Part shown: positions 1 through 8,454 of the stretch, piece after piece | How positions within the stretch are numbered: position 1 is the stretch's first letter | Layout: each line of letters begins with the position of its first letter | Source of the DNA: a virus | Direction: 5' to 3' (one strand) | DNA: 64,000 nt | Virus record (IMG/VR): IMGVR_UViG_3300037258_001185 | Coordinates: 1-64,000 of that record | Notes under the pieces: generated by a model | The model's input: the letters and a program-made list of their open reading frames with translations, nothing else | The model's database searches: none | What the model was told of the DNA's origin: nothing | Position numbers and translations under genes: made by a program

Positions 1-162
1 TCAGGCATTGGGCTTCGCGCCCGCGGCTGCGAGAGCCGCGCGCAGATCCCGACGCACCCGAAAATGCTCCGGGTCATCGAGCTTATCGGCAAGCGCATAG
101 AGCGCCGACGCGATCGCGACCAGCAGGCCGTCCCGCTGCTCTTTGGTCAGGCGCTCAGGCAT
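1..162 (-). CDS. small hypothetical protein
   Basis: ATG at 162 overlaps the end of the dCMP deaminase gene; reads MPERLTKEQRDGLL... to TGA at 1-3; not in the supplied ORF track. Confidence 0.5.
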   Translation of the reverse strand: MPERLTKEQRDGLLVAIASALYALADKLDDPEHFRVRRDLRAALAAAGAKPNA

Positions 163-643
163 CCTCGATCTCCCGATACCGGATGCCGGCTTCTTCGAGC
201 AGGTCGCGCGCGGCCATCAGGTCGGCGTGCCAGCGGCTCGGTGCGGTGCGCATCGGCCAGGACACCACCTCCTCAATGCCGGCCTGCATGACCTCCACGG
301 TACACCGCACGCACGGCGGGCCGCCCCAGACGGCGCCGCTCGGGTCCGTCGCGGCCACATAGATCGCACAGCCCCTCAGGCGAACGCCCGACCTGGCGGC
401 GGCCAAGACCGCATTCATTTCGGCGTGCACGATCAGCCGCAGCTTGGTCTCGCGATCGCCGAGCCGTTCCGGCGTGTCGGCGATGCCGCGCGGAAAGCCG
501 TTGAACCCGGCCGACAGAACCTCGCCGTCGGGCCCGACGATGACCGCGCCGACCTTCGTCGACGGGTCTTTCGACATACGCGCGTGCTCAAGGGCGAGCC
601 GCAGGAAGTGGCGATCCCAGCGCTCAGACATCACACCAGGCAT
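155..643 (-). CDS. dCMP deaminase family protein
   Basis: SKDPSTKVGAVIV, GFNGFPRG, HAE and PCxxC zinc motifs. Confidence 0.9.
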   Translation of the reverse strand: MPGVMSERWDRHFLRLALEHARMSKDPSTKVGAVIVGPDGEVLSAGFNGFPRGIADTPERLGDRETKLRLIVHAEMNAVLAAARSGVRLRGCAIYVAATDPSGAVWGGPPCVRCTVEVMQAGIEEVVSWPMRTAPSRWHADLMAARDLLEEAGIRYREIEDA

Positions 644-1155
644 TAGGCCGCCTCCTCGATGCGAACGTGATGGTGGTCGCCCGTGCCGTCACCATTGACG
701 ATCCAGCGGCGACCGCGGTTGATCTGCATCTTGGCGTCGACCCGCTCGCCGAGCGCCGTCCCCAATGCCTCGCAGAGACCGCGTAGGAACAAGAAGGCGC
801 GCGACACCAGCGCGCCGGCGTAGACGACGTCCGGGCCGCCTGGGCGCCCGATCTCGAGCAACAGGTCGGCGACGGTTCGGTTGGCATGAAACGTGGCCTT
901 GAGCACCGGCATGGAGCTCACGGGCGTATCGCTGACGAAGCGGGAAGCGGTGCCCAGCGTCGCCGCCACGCGACACAAGATGATCGCGACATCGGCCGCT
1001 TCCTCTCCAATGCGCTCCGTCGGCTCCCCCGAGGTGACGGCGCGCACAAGCTCGGCCATCTCGGTGTTTGCGCGGCCGGCCAGCCGGAGCAGTGACGCGG
1101 CCGGTCCGAAGGTCTCCTCCGCCCAATCGACGATCGAGGCTGGTGTCTCAGGCAT
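643..1155 (-). CDS. MazG-like / DUF550-type nucleotide pyrophosphohydrolase
   Basis: WAEETFG, ExxEL, EEAADV and KMQINRGRRW pattern; TAATG coupling to the next gene. Confidence 0.7.
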   Translation of the reverse strand: MPETPASIVDWAEETFGPAASLLRLAGRANTEMAELVRAVTSGEPTERIGEEAADVAIILCRVAATLGTASRFVSDTPVSSMPVLKATFHANRTVADLLLEIGRPGGPDVVYAGALVSRAFLFLRGLCEALGTALGERVDAKMQINRGRRWIVNGDGTGDHHHVRIEEAA

Positions 1156-1495
1156 GTTCGATTTCCCCCGGATTGGCGAGTTCATGAAGCACGTCGGCGT
1201 GGCACGGCCGGCCGATCGGGCACCAGCAGGCGAGGTCGTGGTCGCGCAATTCAGCAAGAAAGGCGGCAAGGCGTTCTGGCGACCAGGCGCTCAACCAGTC
1301 TCGGTACGCTTCAACCGCTTCCTTTGCGGTCTCGACCCTGAGGACGTTGTGAGTGCATTCCCCAGCCGACCGGCAGCCGCAGGCGACCAGGCCGACCCGA
1401 TACGGGTTTCCGCCGCGACTCGGGCGTCCGACATAGATCGCCCCCTCGGGCATGCGCCAGCCGGCCGCGCGCTTGCGCTGAATGCGCACCGGCAT
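1148..1495 (-). CDS. DUF4326 family protein
   Basis: RIQRKR..GWRMPEGAIYVGRPS..GNPY and DLACWC..PCHADVL. Confidence 0.85.
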   Translation of the reverse strand: MPVRIQRKRAAGWRMPEGAIYVGRPSRGGNPYRVGLVACGCRSAGECTHNVLRVETAKEAVEAYRDWLSAWSPERLAAFLAELRDHDLACWCPIGRPCHADVLHELANPGEIEHA

Positions 1496-1671
1496 CAGAT
1501 CAGACCCTTTTCCTTGGCGAGCCATTCCGGCATCGCGAAGGTGCCGTCCGCCGGGTCGTGCTCAACCAGCGCCTTCGGCAGCCACACCTCTTGCGTGCCG
1601 TCGAAAATCAGCATGCCGCGGTCAGTCTCCCGCCGCAGCTCGCCCGCGATGTCGACCAGGTCGCTGCGCAT
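1495..1671 (-). CDS. small phage hypothetical protein (58 aa)
   Basis: MRSDLVDIAGELRRETDRGMLIFDGTQEVWLPK...MPEWLAKEKGLI; TGATG overlaps at both ends. Confidence 0.7.
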   Translation of the reverse strand: MRSDLVDIAGELRRETDRGMLIFDGTQEVWLPKALVEHDPADGTFAMPEWLAKEKGLI

Positions 1672-2159
1672 CAGACGGCCGCCAGAACGAACCGCCGGCC
1701 GGCGGCGTCGAGGCGATAGGCGATCTCGCCCGACCAGTCGTAGTAGGCGAGCGCATATTCGCCCGGCTTGTAATCCATCTGCTCGACAAGCTGCTCGACG
1801 CTGTCGGACATGGCGTCTGGGTCATGGTCGGCGCAAACATGAGTGGCGTCGCTGGGCATGTCGCGGCTCGTGCGATATTCGAGCGCGCCATCAACGGTGA
1901 GGATCGCGTTACCGTATTCGGTCAGCCGCAAAAACTTGACGATCTCGCCGTCGGCCAGGGCGCGCGCGTCCTCTTCATCCACAAACTCGCCGGCCAGCGC
2001 CGGCAGCCCGTTCGGCAGGGTGATCAGCCAGCCGTCCGGCATCGCGCGAGGCGTCGGCGACACCTCGTCGCAGTAGATGGCCGGCACATAGCCCTTGACG
2101 GTGCCACCGGCCGGTTCGTCGACGCCCGGCAGAAGGCTGAGCTGGACTGCGTCACTCAT
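1671..2159 (-). CDS. hypothetical protein
   Basis: acidic ORF coupled to both neighbours. Confidence 0.65.
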   Translation of the reverse strand: MSDAVQLSLLPGVDEPAGGTVKGYVPAIYCDEVSPTPRAMPDGWLITLPNGLPALAGEFVDEEDARALADGEIVKFLRLTEYGNAILTVDGALEYRTSRDMPSDATHVCADHDPDAMSDSVEQLVEQMDYKPGEYALAYYDWSGEIAYRLDAAGRRFVLAAV

Positions 2160-2989
2160 TTCGAGCTCCTTCGCGCTTTCGGGAGATCAGGCGCCGCGGC
2201 CGGTTCGGGGATCGCCAATTCGCCGATCGCCTCGGCCACCCTGTCGTGCATCGCACGAAGCTGCTCGTGGAGTTGCCGAAGGCCGCCATACGAGCCAGCC
2301 ACCCCGGCCTTCATCACCACCTGGACGGCGTCAATCAGGGCGGCATCACGCCAGAAATGATCAGGCTGCTCGCCGATCGCTTCGACCAGTCCGCGCCAGT
2401 GCTGGGCCGCCAGCGTGTCACCCTCACGGCGGTTCTCGACGGCCTGGCGGACACGTTCCTCGAATTGCTTGTCCTGTACCTGCCGACGCGCCTGGAACAC
2501 GGCGTCGACCTCGTCCTGATCCAGCGGCCGGCCGGCGGCGCGCAGCATCGCCGCAAGGAACGGCCGGCCCACTGGCTCAGCCGGAGTCTTCTCCGCTCGC
2601 TTGGCGACGGCCGTTTTGCCTGCGCCATCGACCACGATCATGCCCCAAGCAGGGGGCAACTCCCCGACCGGCACGACGCCGGCCGGGGCCGCGATCCAGA
2701 AATAGTCGCAGAACCGGGCAATCTGTTCGGCCTTGGACGGGTTCGCCTTCTCGCGGCGCCAGTCGTAGAGGTTGACCTTGATCTCGATGCCGTGCAGCGA
2801 CAGGCCGCGGCTCGGCCATAAATCCATAGCCACAGCATCGAGGTGACGGTGCGCCTGTGTTCCCGTCGAGTGCGCCACCTCGAAGGCGATGGCGCACTCC
2901 GGCGCCGGGAAATGCCGGCGCAGCGCGGCCCGGACGTCGGGCGCCTTCATCACCTTCGGCGCGGCCGGCCGTTCGAGCAGGTCGCTCAT
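2156..2989 (-). CDS. MmcB-like PD-(D/E)XK nuclease
   Basis: LDAVAM...GIEIKV..DWRRE...K......CDYFWIAAP. Confidence 0.7.
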   Translation of the reverse strand: MSDLLERPAAPKVMKAPDVRAALRRHFPAPECAIAFEVAHSTGTQAHRHLDAVAMDLWPSRGLSLHGIEIKVNLYDWRREKANPSKAEQIARFCDYFWIAAPAGVVPVGELPPAWGMIVVDGAGKTAVAKRAEKTPAEPVGRPFLAAMLRAAGRPLDQDEVDAVFQARRQVQDKQFEERVRQAVENRREGDTLAAQHWRGLVEAIGEQPDHFWRDAALIDAVQVVMKAGVAGSYGGLRQLHEQLRAMHDRVAEAIGELAIPEPAAAPDLPKARRSSK

Positions 2990-3375
2990 GCGGCGATCCG
3001 TTCAGGATAAAGGAGACCCTGCAGGTGCGCGGGCAGCCGCTCGAACGACTCGCGCATCTTGCCGTCCGGCGACCGGCTGACGAGCCCCGCAGCGATGCGC
3101 CACAGGTCGATGTGGTATTTGCGGCCGAAGGTCAGGACGCCGCGGTGCTGCTCGACATGATGATCGCGGCAGAGCGGAATGCCATACGCGGCGTGCGGCT
3201 TGTCGCTCTTGCCCGAATTGGCCGCCGTCCGCTGATGGGCGAACTCGACCGGCCCGCACCAGCATCCCGGAACGCAACAGCCCTGACTGCGCACGAACGC
3301 CTCGTGCACCGGGAACACCGTCCGCTCGATCTCGCGGACGCCCATGCGCTGCCGCTTTGGCGTCGCGCGCGGCAT
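2986..3375 (-). CDS. DUF968-like putative HNH-type nuclease
   Basis: FVRSQGCCV, AH, K.....IPLCRDHH.EQH; start inferred at ATG 3375. Confidence 0.7.
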   Translation of the reverse strand: MPRATPKRQRMGVREIERTVFPVHEAFVRSQGCCVPGCWCGPVEFAHQRTAANSGKSDKPHAAYGIPLCRDHHVEQHRGVLTFGRKYHIDLWRIAAGLVSRSPDGKMRESFERLPAHLQGLLYPERIAA

Positions 3376-3920
3376 CACGAGATCCCCGCGGCGCGGGCGG
3401 CGCGCCAGTCGGCGGCGCAGATCCACCTGAACGGCTTCAGTCCGTAGGACAGGTAGAGCGGGTGCCCCGGCTGGCCGGCGGCCGTGAGCTTCAGCGCATA
3501 GAGGTCGTGCCCGAGGTCGGCCAGCAGGCCCACCACCTCTTGCCACCGCGGGCGCGCGTGGCCGTTGAGCAGGCCGTGGCTGCCCCAGCCGCACAGGACC
3601 ATCCCGGCGTCCGCGCACATGCGCACCAGGTAGCCGTCGGCGTCCGGGCCGAGCGGATCGTCGACGCGCAACAGCCCTGCCGGGTCGGTCGACCGCAGGG
3701 TGAAGATGTTGCCGACGCGGAGGCCGCCGAAGCCCATCTGCTCGGCGCGCATCCGACAGCGGTAAACCGTCGGGTCGTCCTGCACGGCGTCGGCGGTCGA
3801 CGGGTTGAGCAGCACTACGACGAGCGGCGGCGCGTCCGACCAGCGCCGCCATAGCAGGCCGCGGTAGCGCCCGCAGGGCGAGAACTCGGCGCCGGAGTCG
3901 AGAAACAGGTCCACGCTCAT
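3375..3920 (-). CDS. DUF1643 family protein
   Basis: FSPCGRYR..L.RRW, LNPSTAD..DDPT, GWG, P.HPLY. Confidence 0.85.
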   Translation of the reverse strand: MSVDLFLDSGAEFSPCGRYRGLLWRRWSDAPPLVVVLLNPSTADAVQDDPTVYRCRMRAEQMGFGGLRVGNIFTLRSTDPAGLLRVDDPLGPDADGYLVRMCADAGMVLCGWGSHGLLNGHARPRWQEVVGLLADLGHDLYALKLTAAGQPGHPLYLSYGLKPFRWICAADWRAARAAGIS

Positions 3921-4660
3921 GCGCCAGCCTCGTCATCTGGCTCGTCAACCAGCGCCCTCGCTTCCGCGATGACGGCGCTGTCGCAGTCATCGACGAACAA
4001 CCCGGTTTTCACGCCGGCGCAGGAGGCGTGGGCCAGGATTTCCTCGCCATCGATGCACCCGGCGCTCACCCGCTCGTCACCGGGGCGCATGAACTCGCCA
4101 CAAAGTTCGCAGCGCTCGAACCATTCCCCGCGATTGGCTTGGTCGAGCGCAGCGAGGGTCGGCCGGATCACTTCGATGCGGATACGTGCGGCTTCACGCG
4201 CGGCCTTGGCGTTACGCCGCTGCTCGAAGCCACGATGCAACCAGATCGCCATCTGCAACCGGGCCGCGGCATCGCGCCGCCAGAACGCAACTTCCTCCGC
4301 TGCGGCGCGCGCCGCCGGCCGCTGAGAAATGTCGATCAGCAACTCACCCAACAGGGCGTCCAGACGGGACACCTCCGCTTCGGCGGCGCGCCGCCGCTCG
4401 ACCTCGCGGTTGTTGGCTTCGAGCAATACGGTAGTCCGTGCCGCCCATGACGGGCTTCCGGCGCCCTCGAAAACCGCTTCTTGCAGGCCGTCTGCGGCAA
4501 GCCAAAGCTGGCCGATCAGATGCGCGACGCCGGCACGGCCGGCCGCATGGGCGTCGAACGCCCCCAGGATTGTCGCCTTAGCGACCGCGATCGCGTCCTG
4601 CTCGTGTGAGCGTCTTTCGGGGCTGTGCGCAGCGGTATCCCGTGTCGGCGTATCGCTCAT
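3917..4660 (-). CDS. hypothetical protein (coiled coil, C-terminal CxxC)
   Basis: ATGA overlap with the upstream gene; LLEANNREVERRR. Confidence 0.6.
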   Translation of the reverse strand: MSDTPTRDTAAHSPERRSHEQDAIAVAKATILGAFDAHAAGRAGVAHLIGQLWLAADGLQEAVFEGAGSPSWAARTTVLLEANNREVERRRAAEAEVSRLDALLGELLIDISQRPAARAAAEEVAFWRRDAAARLQMAIWLHRGFEQRRNAKAAREAARIRIEVIRPTLAALDQANRGEWFERCELCGEFMRPGDERVSAGCIDGEEILAHASCAGVKTGLFVDDCDSAVIAEARALVDEPDDEAGA

Positions 4661-5715
4661 GCCGGGAACTCCGAATGCTCGCGTCCGTCGAGCAGATGGC
4701 CGGCGGCGCGCCTGCCGACGCGCGCGAAAATGCCGGGCCATTCGCAACTGCCGGCAGCAACGTCGCCAAGATCATCGGCGTGCCGCCACGCGCGATCGTC
4801 AAAATCAAGGTGGGCCGGAAACTGGTCTTCTGTCAGCCACTCGCCCATTTGTTTGAAGAAGAACGGGACGCCGGCTGCGGCACACTGGTCGCGTAGCGCG
4901 CGCGCCCAGGCCGGATGCATCGGCCGCGCGCCAGGGCCGCTTTCGCCGCCGGCGATGACCCAATCGAGGCTGGGCCGGCGCCGCCAGAACCAATCATAGG
5001 CGCCATCAATGAGGGCGCAGCCTGGTATCTCGTCGAGTCGCATCCGACGCCAGAACGATCCATCAAGATCGAATGGCCCGAGCAGCGGCTCGACTGAGAG
5101 GCCGTGGACCGGCAACGGGACGGCAAGCAGTTCGGGGATGCGCTCATCGGCGCGGCGCTGATCTTCGACGCTGGTCATCGCCCAGCAGCGCGCGAAGACG
5201 GCGTCGAAATCCGCCACAACCGGTTCGAAATTCGGCCTGCCGAGGATCGGATGGTCGAACATCAGCCACCGGCCGCTGTCGCGCAGCTCGGTGAAATAGT
5301 CCCGCATGACGGCGGGCCGCTTGGTCAGGAATTGCCCGATATGCGGCGAGTAGATGATCGCCGCGACGGCGCGGTCGATGTCCGCCCGCGGCCGGTCTTC
5401 ATGGAACAGGTCCGCCATGTCGCCGACAAAGATCATCGACGGCTTGCCGGGACCGAGCCGTGGGTTCTTGGCGCCACGCCAGCGGACCGGCCAGGACCAG
5501 ACATCGGCGTCATCGGCGGCGCGGGTGAGGTGACCGTTGAAGACCGGGCCGGCGTTGGACGGCGTCGTCGTGCCCGCGTAGAGCGGCAGATGCTTCAGCC
5601 GCCGGCCGGCAAGCCCTTGCGCGTAGCAGTTCGTGCAGCCGGGTGACTTGATCGAGCAACCACCGACAGGGTTCCAGGTCGCGTCCGTCCACTCGATCGC
5701 GGTGATGGCGCCCAT
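4657..5715 (-). CDS. phage Gp37/Gp68 (DUF5131) family protein
   Basis: IEWTDATWNPVGGC...SPGC.NCYA, MADLFHE, LTKRP, DWVIAGGESG, VPFFFKQ.G. Confidence 0.9.
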   Translation of the reverse strand: MGAITAIEWTDATWNPVGGCSIKSPGCTNCYAQGLAGRRLKHLPLYAGTTTPSNAGPVFNGHLTRAADDADVWSWPVRWRGAKNPRLGPGKPSMIFVGDMADLFHEDRPRADIDRAVAAIIYSPHIGQFLTKRPAVMRDYFTELRDSGRWLMFDHPILGRPNFEPVVADFDAVFARCWAMTSVEDQRRADERIPELLAVPLPVHGLSVEPLLGPFDLDGSFWRRMRLDEIPGCALIDGAYDWFWRRRPSLDWVIAGGESGPGARPMHPAWARALRDQCAAAGVPFFFKQMGEWLTEDQFPAHLDFDDRAWRHADDLGDVAAGSCEWPGIFARVGRRAAGHLLDGREHSEFPA

Positions 5716-6002
5716 CAGCATTTCCTCCACACGCGGCATTGACGCCCCGTCGGCGCGGCGGCCGTCTGTCCTGTCGGGACTGCCTTGCCGTCGGCCTTCA
5801 ACTCCGGCAGCCGCCGCGCGACCTGGACGTGGTTGAGGCCGGTCCGGCTGGCGATCTGGTAGATGGTCGCCTCGCCGTCGGCCAGGGCGCCGAGGATCGC
5901 CCCGCAATGGGCCTCGGCACTGCTGAGCTGAGCCGCAGCCGCGTGCGACGTCTCAGGATCGGAGCGCCGCGCGCGATGCTCGGCTGCTGAATACAGGTCC
6001 AC
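5715..6002 (-). CDS. winged helix-turn-helix protein
   Basis: ARRSDPETSH.AA, then TIYQIASRTGLNHVQVARRLPEL; start uncertain. Confidence 0.7.
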   Translation of the reverse strand: MDLYSAAEHRARRSDPETSHAAAAQLSSAEAHCGAILGALADGEATIYQIASRTGLNHVQVARRLPELKADGKAVPTGQTAAAPTGRQCRVWRKC

Positions 6003-6004
6003 CT

Positions 6005-6556
6005 TCAGGCAGCTTTCGCTTCCGCGGCGGCCGGCGTGCACTGTTCATAGGGGATGAGTACGCCGCCGTTCTGGTCGGGGTTTCGGCGCAGGTATTCGTC
6101 CGTCTGCACGACATAGGACGCTATGGCGCCGGCGATGCTGGTGATCGGCCCGCTACCGGCCGGCGTGTCGACGACCTCGCCGATCGTCAGATGCGGCCTG
6201 ACACCGTTGGCTTCCGCCCACAACTTGACGAATGCCCTCTCGGCGCCGAGCAGCGTGCTTGGCAGTCCGGCGAGGATGTCGACGAGGTGCTCGTCGGGCT
6301 GCCAGCGGTGGTCCCGCTCCAGCTTCCGGCACGCGCGATAGCCGTCCGTCTCGCCGACGACGCTCAGGAGATCCGCGACGATCTGATCGCGCGGCGTGCC
6401 GCCATATTCATCGCCGAGCCATTCGGCCACCTCAGGCAGGATTGCCGCGACCGCGGCGACCCGCACGCGGTCGTCGCGGTCGGTCGGCCGCGGCGGCGGG
6501 TTCGGCTGCTCGGGGAAGGCGAGCGGCAATAGGGCATCGGTGCGCTGATTTTCCAT
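6005..6556 (-). CDS. hypothetical protein
   Basis: GGAG RBS before the ATG; in operon. Confidence 0.65.
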   Translation of the reverse strand: MENQRTDALLPLAFPEQPNPPPRPTDRDDRVRVAAVAAILPEVAEWLGDEYGGTPRDQIVADLLSVVGETDGYRACRKLERDHRWQPDEHLVDILAGLPSTLLGAERAFVKLWAEANGVRPHLTIGEVVDTPAGSGPITSIAGAIASYVVQTDEYLRRNPDQNGGVLIPYEQCTPAAAEAKAA

Positions 6557-6559
6557 GTG

Positions 6560-7147
6560 CTACTCCAATTGCGGCGCCACGCGCCGCATGTTCGGGCCGT
6601 CCGACGGGCCGCTGAAATGGACGGTCACCGATGCGGCCTCACGGGCCGCGCGCATTGCGCGAAGGCGCGCCGTAACCCCGTCTGGACCCTCAGGGCCATA
6701 GCGCCCTGTGCTATCGAGCAGCACGGCCCGCGGGTTGCGCCCGAGGCGCAGCCCGAACATCAGCGTGTCCCACGCCTCGCGGTGGTCGGAGCGAAAGAAC
6801 GGAAGGGGCGCGGCCCATATCGCAAAATCGTGCTGCGGACCGCGCAGCGCGGCGGGATCGTCGACGCTATAGATCTCGGAGACGGCGCCGGTCGGCCAAG
6901 AAAGGCGCGCGCGCGGCCAGTCCACCGCGGGGAGCGAAGGTGAGAAATGCCACATGAAGGCCAGATCGCCCGTCACACGATCAGCGGTGGTCACCAGGGC
7001 GATGCGTTTGCGCTCGTCGGCGATGGCCGCAAGCATGAGATCGTGAAGCGCAAGCCGACGCGGGCGCGCGACCCGCACAATGTCGATCTGGAGGCCGACA
7101 TTGTTCTCGGCGAGCCAAGAGGCGACACGGGAGGTTGGATCGGTCAT
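6560..7147 (-). CDS. degenerate paralog of the terminase large subunit ATPase domain (Walker A/B lost)
   Basis: shares KRIALV, RL.WP.GA, LRGPQHDFA and EAWD.LMFGLRLGR.PR with TerL at 49486-50922. Confidence 0.8.
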   Translation of the reverse strand: MTDPTSRVASWLAENNVGLQIDIVRVARPRRLALHDLMLAAIADERKRIALVTTADRVTGDLAFMWHFSPSLPAVDWPRARLSWPTGAVSEIYSVDDPAALRGPQHDFAIWAAPLPFFRSDHREAWDTLMFGLRLGRNPRAVLLDSTGRYGPEGPDGVTARLRAMRAAREAASVTVHFSGPSDGPNMRRVAPQLE

Positions 7148-8454
7148 CCGGCGTCTCCTTGCGGATTGCGATGATCCCCGAGAGCGGCGGCAGGATTACG
7201 ATGGCCTTGCGGCACTCCGGGGCTGGCCGCCACGCTCGGGGATGGGGTCAGAAGGGCATCGGCACCGGTACAATGGCCTTGCGGCAGGAACTCCTTGGCC
7301 TTTGCTCTCCTGGTGGGCTTGGCGCGGACGCCGGTCATCACGGACATGGCGGTGTCCGCGCCGATCAGGGCCGAAGCGGAGTCGGCATAGGCAGTCGGGC
7401 CTTTCGGCAACCTTCGGACGGCGTTCTCCGCTTCGGTTTGGTTCGGGGCGCCGGCGGCAACGGTCGCATGGCCTTGCGGCATCAACCAATCGGCCTCCGG
7501 CGCCCCGATCTCTTGTGCCGCGACCTCGGCGTGCCAGACACGCCACAGGTCGCGCAATACGCGCTTGGCCATGAGGCGCCGGGCGGCCATGTCGGCGTGC
7601 GCCGGCGTCCATTTGTCGGGGTTCTTCTTGCCGCCGAGCTCGGCCGGCAGGTCCGCCGTGGCGGCGACGCGCAGCGTGTACCGCGCCTTCGCCCGCCCAT
7701 AGACCTCGCCATAGGGGCCGATCGCGTGCGCCTCGGCAACAATGCCGAACGGCTCGGCGAGTTCCCTCAACTCCTCTATCTTCTTGACTTGCTTCAGGTC
7801 GATGTCGCGGCGCTGGATTTCCGCAGCGGCGGCCGGGTCATCCTCCAGCGCCTTACGGTAAGCGCCGACCTCACTGCACCATTGCTGCCTCAGCATGGCA
7901 TCATAGATGCCGACATAGATGGCGGAACGCCGCCACTTGTGCATCTGGCGTACCGCCGTCTCGTTCTCTCCCGCGCCCGCGAACCCCAGACCGAGCCGCT
8001 TCCACATTTTCGAATGGGAGGGGAAATCGGACAGACCCCGGTCCTGCGCGCCGTGGCAATGCGCCACGATCACGGCAAACGTCAGATCGCCAAACCCATT
8101 GACGGACCTGACCCAGGCGTAGGCCGGCAACTGCGGCGCCAGCCGCTCCATTTGCCGCTCGATCTTTTTCCTCTCCTTTTCGAACAGGGCGACCGCCACC
8201 AATGCGGCCATGACCGCGCCGCGCCAGGCCCCGGCCGTGTTCTCGGCGCCCTCGGCATCTGCCTTGACCGCAGCGACGATCTGACGGGCGCGTGCCGCGA
8301 TCTTCTCGCTTTCGGCTTTCGACAGGTCGCTGCGCCACCCGAGGGCGCTGCGAAGTTGTCCTCCCATGCGATTTGAAATCGCCGTCGTTTGACTGACGAG
8401 GCCGGCCCTGACCCGATTGAGTCCGGCCAAGGCCTGCACCGCGTCGCTCAGCAT
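7144..8454 (-). CDS. IS110-related Nop-domain RNA-binding protein, TasA-like (no RuvC or HNH domain)
   Basis: coiled coil, then WVRSVNGFG...AVIVA...LSDFPSHSKMWKRLGL, Y..VY...KARY and HA...ARR.MAKR.LRDLWRVW; no N-terminal DEDD domain; guide-like units inside and upstream. Confidence 0.75.
   Translation of the reverse strand: MLSDAVQALAGLNRVRAGLVSQTTAISNRMGGQLRSALGWRSDLSKAESEKIAARARQIVAAVKADAEGAENTAGAWRGAVMAALVAVALFEKERKKIERQMERLAPQLPAYAWVRSVNGFGDLTFAVIVAHCHGAQDRGLSDFPSHSKMWKRLGLGFAGAGENETAVRQMHKWRRSAIYVGIYDAMLRQQWCSEVGAYRKALEDDPAAAAEIQRRDIDLKQVKKIEELRELAEPFGIVAEAHAIGPYGEVYGRAKARYTLRVAATADLPAELGGKKNPDKWTPAHADMAARRLMAKRVLRDLWRVWHAEVAAQEIGAPEADWLMPQGHATVAAGAPNQTEAENAVRRLPKGPTAYADSASALIGADTAMSVMTGVRAKPTRRAKAKEFLPQGHCTGADALLTPSPSVAASPGVPQGHRNPAAALGDHRNPQGDAG
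7174..7508 (-). ncRNA. TIGR-like stem-loop guide array 1 (4 dual-spacer units and 1 single-spacer unit)
   Basis: units at 7174-7243, 7249-7312, 7371-7436 and 7443-7508, each stem + CCN-9nt-TGCC(GNRA)GGCCN-9nt-TG + stem; half unit at 7321-7362. Confidence 0.8.

Noticed and set aside
7144-8454. IS110 transposase / insertion sequence
   Set aside because: No N-terminal DEDD RuvC domain or catalytic SG motif, and the gene is translationally coupled within a phage operon.
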